A stretch of 64,000 nucleotides of DNA, from contig NC_043012.1 in the NCBI RefSeq assembly GCF_006345805.1, positions 16,926,001 to 16,990,000 of the forward strand, in the 5' to 3' direction. A program made the position numbers and the translations under genes. The notes under the pieces are model-generated. The model saw only the letters and a list, made by a program, of their open reading frames with translations, did not search any database and was not told the origin of the DNA. Of the stretch, positions 11,675 through 24,997 are shown piece after piece. Numbering within the stretch: position 1 is the first letter of the stretch; every line of letters starts with the position of its first letter. This DNA comes from Octopus sinensis (taxonomy: Eukaryota).

Positions 11675-12532
11675 AAGATGTCGAGCTGGCAGAAACGTTA
11701 GCACGTCGGGCGAAATGCTTAGCGGTATTTCGTCTGCCGCTACGTTCTGAGGTCAAATTCCGCCGAGGTCGACTTTACCATTCATCCTTTCGGGGTCGAT
11801 AAATTAAGTACCAGTTGCGCACTGGTGTCGATGTAATCGAGTTAATCCTTTGTCCTTGTTTGTCCCCTCTATGTTTAGCCCCTTGTGGGCAATAAAGAAG
11901 TAAGAAACGTTAGCACGCCGGGCAAAATGCTTAGCAGTATTTCGTCTGCCGTTACGCTCTGAGTTCAAATTCCGTCGAGGCCTACTTTGCCTTTTATCCT
12001 TTTGGAGTCTATATATTAAGTACCAGTTACGCACTGGGGTCGATATAATCGACTTAATCCCTTTGTCTGTCCTTGTTTGTCCTCTCTGTGTTTAGCCCCT
12101 TGTGGGCAATAAAGAAGAAAGAAACGTTAGCACGCCGGGCAAAATGCTTAGCAGTATTTCGTCTGCCGTTACGCTCTGAGTTCAAATTCCGTCGAGGCCT
12201 ACTTTGCCTTTTATCCTTTTGGAGTCTATATATTAAGTACCAGTTACGCACTGGGGTCGATATAATCGACTTAATCCCTTTGTCTGTCCTTGTTTGTCCT
12301 CTCTGTGTTTAGCCCCTTGTGGGCAATAAAGAAGAAAAAACGTTAGCACGCCGGGCAAAATGCTTAGCAGTGTTTCGTCTGCCGTTACATTCTGAGTTCA
12401 AATTCCCTCGAGGTCGACTTTGCCTGCCATTTTTTCGGCGTCGATAAATTAAGTACCAGTTGCGTACTGGGGCCGATCTAGTCGACTTTCCCCCTACCCC
12501 AAAATTTCGGCCCTTGTGCCCAGAGCAGAAAA
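11675..12532 (+). mobile_element. SINE family B tandem tetramer, last unit with alternative tail
   Basis: Units start near 11690, 11903, 12120, 12335; flanking direct repeat caatatttctaactagct / caatatttccaattagct. Confidence 0.92.
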
Positions 12533-13379
12533 CAATATTTCCAATTAGCTCTGCTATGCTACGTATGGATTTGTTTGTGCCACTGTTTCCCTCATCTAAC
12601 GTTTGATGATAATGTCCAACTCTTTTACCTATAACTACGTCTCAATCAATAAACTAATCTACGTAACTCAGGTCATATCATAACATCTACCATCTCTCTT
12701 TAACGCAGAACGATATAGTTGGTATAGAGTTATCGAACTTGGTTCTTATTTAAACTACTCTTTCGGTAATGTTCTTTCGAAATTAGAATATTAAATACAA
12801 AATATTTAGGACAATATAGATTTTAGTGGAAATAAATTGTAGCAGCACGTCAGTTGACGTGTATGTTGGATTGAGATGTTTACAAGGTCAAATTAATATG
12901 TCTAGGATCTATTTTTGTTAACTCGCAAACATCTTCGCGTCTTAACTTGCAAGGGAGGTAATTATTGCAATTTTACATTCTGTAGAAAAGTTTTTCTCTT
13001 CTCCTTCATCTCTATCTCTCTCTCTCTCAAATAATCCACTCTATAACTCTCTCTCTCTCTCTCTCTTTTCCTCTCACTCTTCCCCCTATCTTTCTGTATG
13101 ACGTTTAATAGTAGTCAGCTTATTTTTAAAAGCATTGATTATTAAATGGAAAATTATAATTCTTACAAATAATTTCCTGTTTCAGCGAGGAAAAATATTC
13201 TTTTCATGGTAAAAAGAAAATCGTGTTTATTGAAAGCATAACGTACCACATGTGAATTTTCTTTTGGTTTTAAACTAAAATTCAATGACGGTCTGTGTGA
13301 TCGAGTGCTTGTGCTTCCGTATGTGTTTGTGTGCGTGCGTGCTCACGTGTGTAATATATAATGTTTGGTTGAATGGTGA

Positions 13380-13700
13380 AGGCACATGGCTCAGTGATTA
13401 GAGTATTGAGCTCAAAATCATGAAGTAGTGAGTTAAATTCCCGTACCGGGCTGCGTGTTGTGTTCTTGAGCAAGACACTTTATTTCACGTTGCTCCAGTT
13501 CACTCAGTGGCAGAAATGAGTTTCGACATCACCGGTGCTAAGCTGTATCAGCCCCTTTGCCTTTCCGTTGGACAACATCAGTGGTATGGAGAGGAGAGGC
13601 TGGTATGCATGGGCGACTGCTGGTCTTCCACAAAACAGCCTTGCCTGGACTTGTGCCTCAGAAGGAATCCGAGTGCAATCCCATGGTCATCCCTGATGGA
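13380..13700 (+). mobile_element. SINE family D variant (tRNA-type head)
   Basis: A-box-like tggctcagtgattag, B-box-like gagttaaattcc, then gtgttcttgagcaagacactt. Confidence 0.78.
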
Positions 13701-14556
13701 AGAAAGTCTCTATTCTTTTATCTTATAGCTGAATGCTTAAAAGAAGTTTGCTATGCAACCACAAGGGCTTGAGTTCAATTCCACTGTATGGCACCTAGGG
13801 CAAGTGTAATTTTTTTTATGGCTGCTAGTTGACCTTATAATTTGTGAGTGGAATTGGTTAGATAGAAACTAGTTAGAAGCCCTTTGAATGTATTATATCT
13901 GATTCACAGGTACAACCTTGTTACACTGTGAGCCATGGTGGGGGAGGGGGGCAAATTCAGGAACAGGTAATTCAGATGATTAAACAACTGAATCTTCAAT
14001 GTAGAAACTGACGGAGAACCATTCATGTATCACCATCTTTTCTGAGTTCACATTCCGTTGAGGTCAACTTTGCCTTTCATTCCTTTCGGGTTTGATAAAA
14101 TAAGTACCTGTAGAGCACTGGGGTTGATCTAGTAGCCTTAACCCCTTCCTGCCCCCTCCTTGAAATTACTGGCATTGTGCCAAAATTATAAACCAATATC
14201 AGGAAGTATTGCAATCCTTAGGATCTCCACTTGGCAGCTGATGGAAGACTTGTCCTTGACGGCAAACTCTGTATTGGTGGTCCTTAAACATATTTTACCT
14301 ATAGACCCCCTTTTTATTCCTATTTTACTCTACTGAATCTTAATAAACATTCACTGTATATTTAAAAAACCCTGCTGTATTTCTTTAATCAAATTAGTAT
14401 TTAGGGGTTATATAAAAGAACTAAAATGTTTTGTGTATTGTAGATCTATAAACAAATATATTGCAGTTAAATTTTAAGAACTCAATCTTAGATTGACCCC
14501 AAAGGGACATGTGGACCCCAGTTGAGAATCACTGTTCTATATAAAATGAAATATAT

Positions 14557-14958
14557 AGGTGCAGAAGTGGCTGTGTGGTAAGTAGCTTGCTTACCAACCA
14601 CATGGTTTTGGGTTCAGTCCCACTGCGTGGCACGTTGGGCAAGTGTCTTCTACTATAGCCTCGGGCCGACCAAAACCTTGTGAGTGGAATTGGTAGATGG
14701 AAACTTAGAGAAGCCTGTCATATATATATGTATATATACGTATATGTTTGTGTGTCTGTGTTTGTTCACACCACCATCGTTTGACAACTGATATTGGTGT
14801 GTTTACGTCCTCCATAAATTAGTAGTTTGGCAAAAAGAGACTGATAGAATAAGTACTAGGCTTACAAAGAATAAATCCTGGAGTCGATCTGCTTGACTAA
14901 AGGTGGTGCTCCAGCATGGCCGCAGTCAAAAGACTGAAACAAATAAAAAGAAAAAAGA
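14557..14958 (+). mobile_element. SINE family A, full length
   Basis: Same head, body and tail as other A copies. Confidence 0.92.
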
Positions 14959-14968
14959 AATATATATA

Positions 14969-15213
14969 TAGTAATCCCTTGACTTTCGTGGGTGTTATGC
15001 CCCCTCCCCCAGCCCCATGATAGGTGAAAATCCGCAAAGTAGAAGCAGTACTGTACTGTATATTTTTTAAAATTATTTTTAAATTATTTTTTGTATATAT
15101 TTATTTTATTATAAATGCAAAACAACACCACAAACTTAAATAATAAACTACAACAGGTGAACCGTGACAAGTGAACTGTGACAGCTGAACCACGATATCA
15201 CATGGGATTACTG
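14969..15213. mobile_element. Tc1/mariner (pogo/Tigger-like) MITE
   Basis: TA|(c>t)AGTAATCCC ... GGGATTACTG|TA terminal inverted repeats with TA target duplication. Confidence 0.7.
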
Positions 15214-15895
15214 TAGTTCAGTATATGTATCTATGCATATGAATACAGACATAGATATATGCATACATGCACAAAACACACATATATATGCATACATGCA
15301 CACATACATTCATGGTTGAGTAACAGGCAATCTGGGTGAAAATATTGATGTGGGATTGTTTCTGCTGAACCCTAGGTTAGCTCAGATCAAATATATCTAT
15401 GATCAAAGTGTTCCTGTTATGACCATCCCATCTTATTTTCAGATAAGCTTTCACTACTCCATTATTAAATATGTCCTTTATATTTTCAAAAAGTGGTAAA
15501 GTATATTTTCATGGTTATTTAGGTGCTATTTTTGGCAGGTCGAGCAGCCATGTTATGACCCCATCGATTGTAAATTTTGGTACACCACTTAATTGCACTT
15601 ATTTCAGTTTTTATAACCGGAGACAATATGTCTGAAAAGTGCGTGATAGAACAGAGTCTTAAAAACGGAAACTTTGACATCAATGCTCTTAACATTGCAG
15701 AAGCTGAGGTTATGTCAGTGACATCATCGTTGTGGAGAAGAAGCCTTATGGTCTCTGTTGCTTCAATAAACCATTATATATATATGTATATATATATATA
15801 TCTGGTAGATACGCATGCATGCACATCTGTAAACATGTACGAAATATCTTCATACACACACATATGCAAATATCTGTGGGAGTTTTTGTTTTCTA

Positions 15896-16124
15896 TAATT
15901 TATATATAAAATATATATAATTATATACATATAATATATATATATATATATATTATATAGCAAGTATTTTTATGTATCTGTTGTGTATGTGTACATACAT
16001 ACATACATATATATGTGTGTGTGTTATATGTATATATATATCTGTATGTATGTATTATATACATATGTATGTATATATATATACATATGTATGTATTATA
16101 TATATATGTATATATATATATATG

Positions 16125-16174
<50 letters not shown>

Positions 16175-16254
16175 TGTATATATATACATATGTATGTGTA
16201 TGTATGTATGTGTATATATGTATATATATACATATGTATGTATGTGTATGTATG

Positions 16255-16296
<42 letters not shown>

Positions 16297-16349
16297 CATA
16301 TGTATGAATGTGTATGTATGTGTATATATGTATATGTATGTATGTATGT

Positions 16350-16389
<40 letters not shown>

Positions 16390-16560
16390 GTATATGTATA
16401 TGTATGTATGTGTGTATATATATATATCTGTACGTATATGTATGTATATATATGTATGTATGTATGTATATATATGTATGTATGTATGCATATATATATA
16501 TGTATAAAAGTATGTGTATATATATATGTGTATATATATATATATGTATAAAAGTATGTG

Positions 16561-16594
<34 letters not shown>

Positions 16595-16662
16595 TTATAA
16601 AAGTATGTACATATGTATGTATATATATATATATGTATGTATTTTTGTATACATGTGTATAT
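15896..16662. repeat. Compound (TA)n/(TATG)n/(TATATG)n microsatellite
   Basis: Directly visible; source of many spurious Y/I/M/C/V ORFs. Confidence 0.97.
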
Positions 16663-16915
16663 ATCATCATCACTATCATTTAGCATCTGCTTTCCATGCT
16701 GGCGTAGGTTAGACAGTTTGACCGGAACTGGGAATCTGGAGAGCTTCGTCAGGTTCCAGTCTGATTTGGCATGGTTTCTGTGGCTGGATTCCCGTCTGAA
16801 TGCTAACCACTCCGAGAGTGTTGTGAGTGCTTTTTATGTGTCACTGGCACAGGTGCCTTCAAGTGACACCAGCACTGGTCACAGCTATGACATGATGGCT
16901 CTTTGCAAGCACAGC
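16663..16915 (-). mobile_element. Family C element
   Basis: Reverse complement of the family C tail. Confidence 0.8.
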
Positions 16916-17227
16916 AAATCGCTAAACGCCATGAACACTTGTCTGATGATGGAATATCCCATACTTAGGGATATCCCAGAAACAGCTGTAAGACTTTGAA
17001 TTTTTTCCAATAATAATATTGTATACCACTTGATATGTATGCCTTGCCTTAATGTTTGTTGTCGTCTGTAACAATTATACATATATATATATATGTGTGT
17101 GTATATATATATATATTATAATATATATTATATATATATATATATATTTATATGTATATATATGTATATATATATTTATATGTATATATATATTTATATG
17201 TATATATATATTTATATGTATATTATA

Positions 17228-17292
<65 letters not shown>

Positions 17293-17510
17293 TATATGTG
17301 TATATATGTATTTATATATTTATTATTCTTAAACATAAATTCTATTGATAGTGCCTGTGATGGCTTAACTGGCCCAAACTTCAAAGTCACTTTCATATAT
17401 ATGAATGAGTACTGAGGTCAATTTGGTCAATTAAACCTTTCATGGCAGTGCCCCAGCATGGCTGCAGTCCAATGACTGAAACAAATAAAAGATAAATGAT
17501 CAATATAAAC

Positions 17511-18145
17511 GAGCACAGGTGTGGCTGTGTGGTAAGAAGCTTGCTTACCAACCACATGGTTTTGGGTTCAGTCCCACTGCGTGGCACCTTGGGCAAGTGT
17601 CTTCTACTATAGACTCGGGCCGACCAAAGCTTTGTGATTGGATTTGGTAGACGGAAACTGAAAGAATCCTGTCATATGTGTATATATATATATATATATT
17701 ATCCACAAGGGGCTAAACACAGAGGAGACAAACAAGGACAGACAAACGGATTAAGTCGATTACATCGACCCCAGTGCGTAACTGGTACTTAATTTATCGA
17801 CCCCGGAAGGATGAAAGGCAAAGTCGACCTCGGCGGAATTTGAACTCGGAACGTAACGGCAGACGAAATACGGCAACGCATTTTGCCCGGCATGCTAACG
17901 TTTCTGCCAGCTCGCCGCCTTCATATATATGTTTGTGTGTCTGTGTTTGTTCCTCCAAACATTGCTTAACAAACGATGCTGATGTATTTACATCCCCCAT
18001 AACTGAGAAGTTCGGCAAAAGATACCGATAGAATAAGTACTAGGCTTACAAAGAATAAGTTCTGGGGTCAATTTGCTCGACTAAAGGCAGTGCTCCAGCA
18101 TGGCCACAGTCACATGACTGAAACAAGTAAAAGAGTAAAAGAGAG
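17511..18145 (+). mobile_element. SINE family A interrupted by a SINE B in its internal (TA)n
   Basis: Head 17511-17700; body resumes at ~17922. Confidence 0.88.
17703..17920 (-). mobile_element. SINE family B monomer nested in SINE A
   Basis: Reverse complement begins aggcggcgagctggcagaaacgttagc. Confidence 0.9.
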
Positions 18146-19534
18146 AGTCATGAAGTGTAAATAACTATCGGTAGATATGAGTTATTGGTAGGACAGTTAT
18201 TCCCCAGTTTACAACAGTGTTAGCAAGGCCCGCGTGACAAACCGTATAAGCAGCTTCATCCGTCTGGTAACCACATCTATTTGTTCACGAGGGTTACAAC
18301 TAGATGAATATGGGTTCATTGTTATGTGATGCGTTGTGTTGTATAATCGATATATTACAGTACTGGTGCTCTCTTGCAATGGCCTCTTGCATATTGTATG
18401 ATTTGTCACCTCAACTTTACTGAAACAGTTGCAAACTGTGGAACAAATGCAATACCAGCAACACCATTCTTCACTTGTTATATAAACACTCCACCACACA
18501 GACGTATATGAGTGTATGTATGTGTGATTTTATATATGTGTGTGTACTTAGATGTATGTATGTGTATGTGGTTGGTGTGTATATGTTGATATTTCTATAT
18601 ATACATTTGTAAATATCTGTCTGTCTGTCTATATATATCTATCTATCCAGCTATCTATCTATCTATCTATCTATCTATTTATTTATTTGTATCATCATCA
18701 TCATCATCATCATCATCATCTTCTATGCATGCATGGGTTGGACGATTTGACAAGAGCCAGCCAGTTAGAAGGCTACCCCAGGCTGCTGTGTCTGTTTTGA
18801 CTGGTTTTTTTTTTATGGCTGGATGGCCTTCCTTACACCAACCACCCAGTAGAGTGGACTGAGTGCTTTTGAATTAGCAAAAGCACAGGTGAGGTCAGTT
18901 TTGGCATGGTTTTTACAGCCAGATGCCCTTCCAAACACCAATCACTTTAAAGTGTGGACTGGATGCCTTTTACATGGTGTGCTTGCATGTGTGTATATAT
19001 ATATATATACATACACACATACATATATACATATATGCGTGTGTATATATATGTGTGTGTGTGTATATATGTGCATATATATGTGTGTGTATATATATAT
19101 ATGTGTGTGTATGTATGTATGTAGGTGTGTTTTAGAGACACAAGTGTGGATATGTGGTTAAGACTCTTGCTTCACAACCATGTAGTCTCGGGTTCAGTCC
19201 CACATTGCAGCACTTTGAACAAATGTCTTCTAGTACAGCCTTAGGCTGACCAAAGTCATGTGAGTTGATTTGGTTGACAGAAACTGAAAGAAGCCCTTCT
19301 CCCCCACTCCCACGTATGTATGTGCATGTGTACATCATGTGATGGTTGTTAACAAGCATCATTGTCACACATGCAATAATGTTTATTTCTATTCCTCCCT
19401 GAAAAACATGTCGCAGCCATGGACAACTATTACCTTGCTGGGAAGCAGGTAATTCTGAGCATGTACACACACACACACACACACACACATTTATATATAT
19501 ATACATATATATACATATATACACACATTCATCG

Positions 19535-19925
19535 ATCACTAGCCCCTAAGCTTTTTTATTCTCTCTCTGTTTATTTCCTTGTGTTCCTTTCTGTCAAAGA
19601 GCGCAGGCTCGAAATGTAAAAAAAAGACTTTCTCACCTTCCCGAGCGTTAAACTAATACACCTGTTTGTTGTTTACACACCTGTCGTAATTTTTTTTTTT
19701 TTTTGTTTTGTAAATTCCAACTATATATTGATTGTCCTCTAAATCTATAAGTTTTTTTTTTATTCTCTCTCTGTTTATTTTCTTGTGTCCCTTTCTGTTG
19801 AAGAATGTAGGCTCGAAACATAAAAAACTTTCTCAACTTCCTACGTGTCAGACTAATAAATGCACCTGTTTGTTGTTTATACACCTGTCTTCATCTTTTG
19901 TTTTTCTGTAAATTTCAACTATGTA
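19535..19925 (+). mobile_element. Penelope-like terminal repeat (family P3), two tandem copies with hammerhead-like motifs
   Basis: Two ~200 bp direct copies; related to the reverse complement of 26420-26600; cttt-CTGTNRA-AGAGC-n4-GCTC-GAAA motif. Confidence 0.65.
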
Positions 19926-22320
19926 CATTATATATATATATATAATGTGCATACACAAAATGTATATATTGCTTTAGGCATTTTATATAAAAATGTTCAT
20001 CATAGATTTAGAGAATAAATGTATGTATATGTGCAATAGACACACAGTGGACTACTTTTTTTTTTCATTTAAGAATTATAATTGAGCTGTACTTTATTAT
20101 AATGATACGCACAGAAAATGTAGATTTGAAGGGAATCTGGGATATATACACAAATGGAATTCACAAATGCAAGAAAAGAAAAAAAATATATTTGTTTCAC
20201 TCTGCCATTGCTACCAATTTCCTGTTGCTGGTAAAAAATATCTTTTCCCATCCATCACAAGGGTTGCAGGATGTTCAATAAAAACACTGTAAAAATTATC
20301 TATAGCTGTCCAGAAAAATGTCTCCACCATGTTATTTTGAAGCAGTGGAAGTATAGAGGTACTTGGACTGATATTGTTGGTTCCATCACCATAATGGCAC
20401 TGTGGTGATTCAACATCCTGTTCATTTATTAAGTGCCTCATAAAAGAATCTCTGTATCAAAGCAAGGAACATTTTATTTTCCATCTTATTTCCCATTGAA
20501 CCTTAACTCTTCCTCTGTACACCAACCCTTACATTCTGCCAATGAAAGCTCCTATGACTTATTTTCACCCCTATTTGCCTCTGACATTCTCTCCGGCACT
20601 GTGCCTTTCTTGCACATTGTCCACATTCTGCATCGCCTCCTGTCACCTCCACCTTATTCCTCTACCCAAGCTGTTCTCCATTCACTGCAATCACCTCTAT
20701 TCTCATCTCTCTCCATCTGTCTCTCTCCTTTCACTTTCTCAAAAACTTACCTACCCATTCATCCTGTCCAATTTCTCTGCATAACTTCACTTATAATTAC
20801 TTTTCAGTAACCGTAAAAGTTTTGATGAGTGATCATCACCATCATCATCATCATCGTCTGCACCAAGTTCCATTGCCTGTTTTTGCTCAGTTTCTAATGC
20901 CAACTGTTTTACAGAATGTATCAGGTGCATTTTGCTTGGCCCCAGCACCAACAGGTTCACCAAGTCAACAATTAGTCATCTTACTCCAGGCCCCTAAATC
21001 TATATAGAATAAGAGATTCTTATTTTATAAACAAGTCAGAGTAAGCATCAGGAAGGGCACTGGCTGTAAAACAATGCTTCAAGTAACAGATTCACCCAAC
21101 CCATGCAAACATAGGAAAGAAGATGTAAAACAAACCATTGAATGTCTATATGGCTTGCTTTGTTCCCTTTCTGTCTACCAGGTCCTCTTGAAAAGCAGTG
21201 GTCAGCCTAGGGTTATAGTAGAAGACACTTGCCTCAGAGTGCTGTGCTGTGGGATTGAACCTGATGCTCTGATGTCATTAGGAAGTGAGCTTCTTAACCA
21301 CAAAACCAAGCCTGTATCAACCACCCCCACACATACTGTATATATCTGTATATGTGTATGTATGTACATATGTGTATGTGTGTGTGTGTGTACATATGTG
21401 TATGTATGTGTGTGTGTTTATATGTACATATATGTATGTATGCATGTATGTATGTGTGTTTGTATATCTGTTTTTGTGTGTATATCTGTATGTATGTGTA
21501 TGTATATATATATATATGTGTGTTTGTGTCTCTCTCTGTCTCTTCTCTATATATTATCATGTGTATTCATATTCACACACACAACACACACACACACACG
21601 CACGTATGTTTTTATGCAGATTCAAATGTATGACTTGTAAATGGTTTTGTATATATGCTACAGACACATATATGTGTGTGTGTGTATATATTTATATATA
21701 CTGTTGAAGCAGGTGTGTGTGTGTGTATATATTTATATATACATGTGTAAATATATAAGTACAAATATGTATTGATATGTGTGTGTATATATATATATAC
21801 CTATATATATATACATACATAGAAATGCATAATTTGTTAGTACATAGATATGCACACACAAACACATATACACACACGAACACACATATACACACACACA
21901 AATACACACATATAGACTGTAATTTGTTGTGTTTATCTATTTTTTGATCTCGAATATAATGTTGAAATGTGGACATCTTCAAACAGTCTTATTGAATAGA
22001 CAGCTAATTCATGCAATATGTAATCATATATCCACGTATATATAAATACATGTACATATATATAATTATCTGTGTGTGTATATAATTTTGTGTAATGTGT
22101 ACACACGCACATGCACACATGCCTGCATACACATGCAACTATACATGTGCACACATGTATACATGCATATATGCACCTGTGTGTGTGTGTGTATTTATAC
22201 CCCCCCCACACACACACATATTTATTACACACTGTTGAAGCAGGTGTGTGTGTGTATATATATATTTATATATACATGTGTAAATATATAAGTACAAATA
22301 TGTATTGATATGTGTTGTGT

Positions 22321-22359
<39 letters not shown>

Positions 22360-22972
22360 TATATATTTACCTATATCTGTGAATCCACATACACATGTAT
22401 AAATACATGTAAATATATAACACCCCCACTCTCACACGTATGTATGTATATATATATATATATATATATATGCATACACATGTATACACACACACACACA
22501 TATATATATATACACATATATATATTATATAATATTATATATATATATATATATACACATACGTATATACACACACCACATATATATATGTATATGGCTG
22601 CTCTGATCTTAACATGAAAACAAAATGGTAAATATATTCCTTATATCTCCATAGTTCTACAATTATTTCAACCCACGTGGGTTGCTTTAGATGAGCAGAT
22701 GTCACTTCTGCAAAACATTGCCATCAATGTTGAGACAGAATAATTAAGGTTTTTGCATTTTTGTTGTTGTTGTTATTATTAGAATATGTTATTGAGCCAA
22801 AGTTTTCGATGTCTGCAGGTTGGGAGTAGTAAGGGAGACAGAACTGCAATCGAGTCCCCTTTTAGATTACTAATGAATCTCCCAGCCCTCCCCCTGCTGC
22901 TCCTCCTATTAATGATAATAATTTGTTCTAATTTATTTTCACACAAGGTAAGCAATTTAATTGTAGATCAAT

Positions 22973-23138
22973 AGGCGCAGGAGTGGCTGTGTGGTAAGTA
23001 GCTTGCTAACCAACCACATGGTTCAGGGTTCAGTCCCACTGCGTGGCACCTTGGGCTAGTGTTTTCTGCTATAGCCCCAGGCCGACCAATGCCTTGTGAG
23101 TGGATTTGGTAGACAGAAACTGAAAGAAGCCTGTCGTA

Positions 23139-23191
<53 letters not shown>

Positions 23192-23412
23192 TTGTGTGTC
23201 TGTGTTTGTGTCCCTAGCATTGCTTGACAACTGATGCTGGTGTGTTTACGTCCCCGTCACTTAGCGGTTCGGCAAAAGAGACCGATAGAATAAGTACTGG
23301 GCTTACAAAGAATAAGTCCCGGTGTCGATTTCCTCGACTAAAGGCGGTGCTCCAGCATGGCCACAGTCAAATGACTGAAACAAGTAAAAGAGTAAAAGAG
23401 TAAAAAAGAGTA
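22973..23412 (+). mobile_element. SINE family A, full length, young
   Basis: ggcgcaggagtggctgtgtggtaag head to (aaaagagt)n tail. Confidence 0.93.
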
Positions 23413-23840
23413 ACCCTTTCATTACCGTATTTATTTTGAGATGCTCTGTGTTTCTTTCAATTACTTTAAATATAACAAAGAATTTAGTAAAATAACTTAG
23501 TTATCATTCAGCTAGTGTTAGGAACATAAATTGTGACTAAGGTTTGGTGGAAGATTTTAATTCAGAACTTTTGAAAATAAGATGTTTATACTACAGAGCC
23601 AGGTAGATTAAGAAGATGCCTGTCTGAGCTGCTGGATTCTTAAGGAAGATGGCTCTGTACAGTCTCTTATAGTCACATTGTGATTCCCAATATCGTCTCT
23701 TTTGTGATTGACTTTGGCCAGCAAACCATTGGTCTTAAATGAAACTAGTAACAAGTGGACTTCAGCAGAGGCTTCTACCTGAAGCTCTATTCGTGAAACA
23801 TGTCCAAAAGATCACAGATGTACTTCATGTATGACAATAT

Positions 23841-24004
23841 AGGCGCAGGAGTGGCTGTGTGGTAAGTAGCTTGTTTACTAACCACATGGTTCCGGGTTCA
23901 GTCCCACTGTGTGGCACCTTGGGCAAGTGTCTTCTACTATAGCCTCGGGCCGACCAAAGCCTTGTGAGTGGATTTGGTTGACGGAAGCTGAAAGAAGCCT
24001 GTTG

Positions 24005-24067
<63 letters not shown>

Positions 24068-24256
24068 GCGTGTTTGTGTTTGTGTGTTATGTGTTGTCCC
24101 CCTAGCATTGCTTGACAACCAATGCTGGTGTGTTTATGTCCCTGTTACTTAGCGATTTGGCAAAAGAGACCGATAGAATAAGTACCGGGCTTACAAAAGA
24201 ATAAGTCCCGGGGTCGAGTTGCTCGATTAAAGGCAGTGCTCCAGCAGTGCTCCAGC
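23841..24256 (+). mobile_element. SINE family A, 3'-truncated
   Basis: Same sequence as 22973 copy. Confidence 0.92.
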
Positions 24257-24670
24257 AAAATACAGGTGTGAAACTGAGTTGGAGGCAGATTTACTTCTAC
24301 CTTTATAGCGCATAAAGAAACTGTTGTTGTAGGAATGTATGCAACCCGTGTACTACAGCAGTCCTATGTGTAGCTTTAATACCGAAATTGAAAGGCAGGG
24401 CAAATCATGCCTACCTAATCTACAAAATAAAATAATTTGCATTTTATGCATAATATTCAGAGTAACTTCCATAATTTTATTGAATTAGGTGCATATCTTG
24501 CCATAAAAGGAAAATGCTACTGTTGATCTATTTTATTCAGGGTAAGCACTGCCTACCTTGCCTACCCAGGTGCCACATCCCTGATATATATATATATATT
24601 ATATATATATATATATATATACACATACATACATGCATACATACATATCTATATATATATATATATATTA

Positions 24671-24997
24671 CCTTTTACTTGTTTCAGTGATTAGACCAAG
24701 GCCATGAGTCTGGTACTTGTTCTATCAGTCTCTTTTGCTGAACTGTTGGGGTACAGGGACATAAACACACCAACGCTGGTTGTCAAGCGGTGGCGTGGGA
24801 CAAACACAGACAGAAACACACACATGCACACACACACACTGGACTTCTTTCAGTTTCCATCTGTCAAATCCACAAGGTTTTGGTTGGCCCAAAGGTATAG
24901 TAGAAGACACTTGCCCAAGATGCTGTACAATGGGACTGAACCCAGGACCTTGTGGTTGGGAAGCAAACTTGTCACCACACAGCCATGTCTGCACCTA
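24671..24997 (-). mobile_element. SINE family A
   Basis: Reverse complement of family A. Confidence 0.88.

Noticed and set aside
11804-12312. Repeated ORFs MRNWYLIYR... and other SINE-derived ORFs (e.g. [26 protein letters not shown])
   Set aside because: Incidental translations of SINE families A, B and C.
12840-12861. miR-15/16-like sequence TAGCAGCACGT
   Set aside because: Only the first 11 nt match and there is no pre-miRNA-sized hairpin; better explained by the CACGTCA/TGACGTG palindrome.
15921-17415. Long Y/I/H/T/M/C/V ORFs here and at 21-22 kb, 26-28 kb, 48-50 kb, 56-58 kb, 60-61.5 kb
   Set aside because: Translations of (TA)n, (TG)n and (CATA)n microsatellites.
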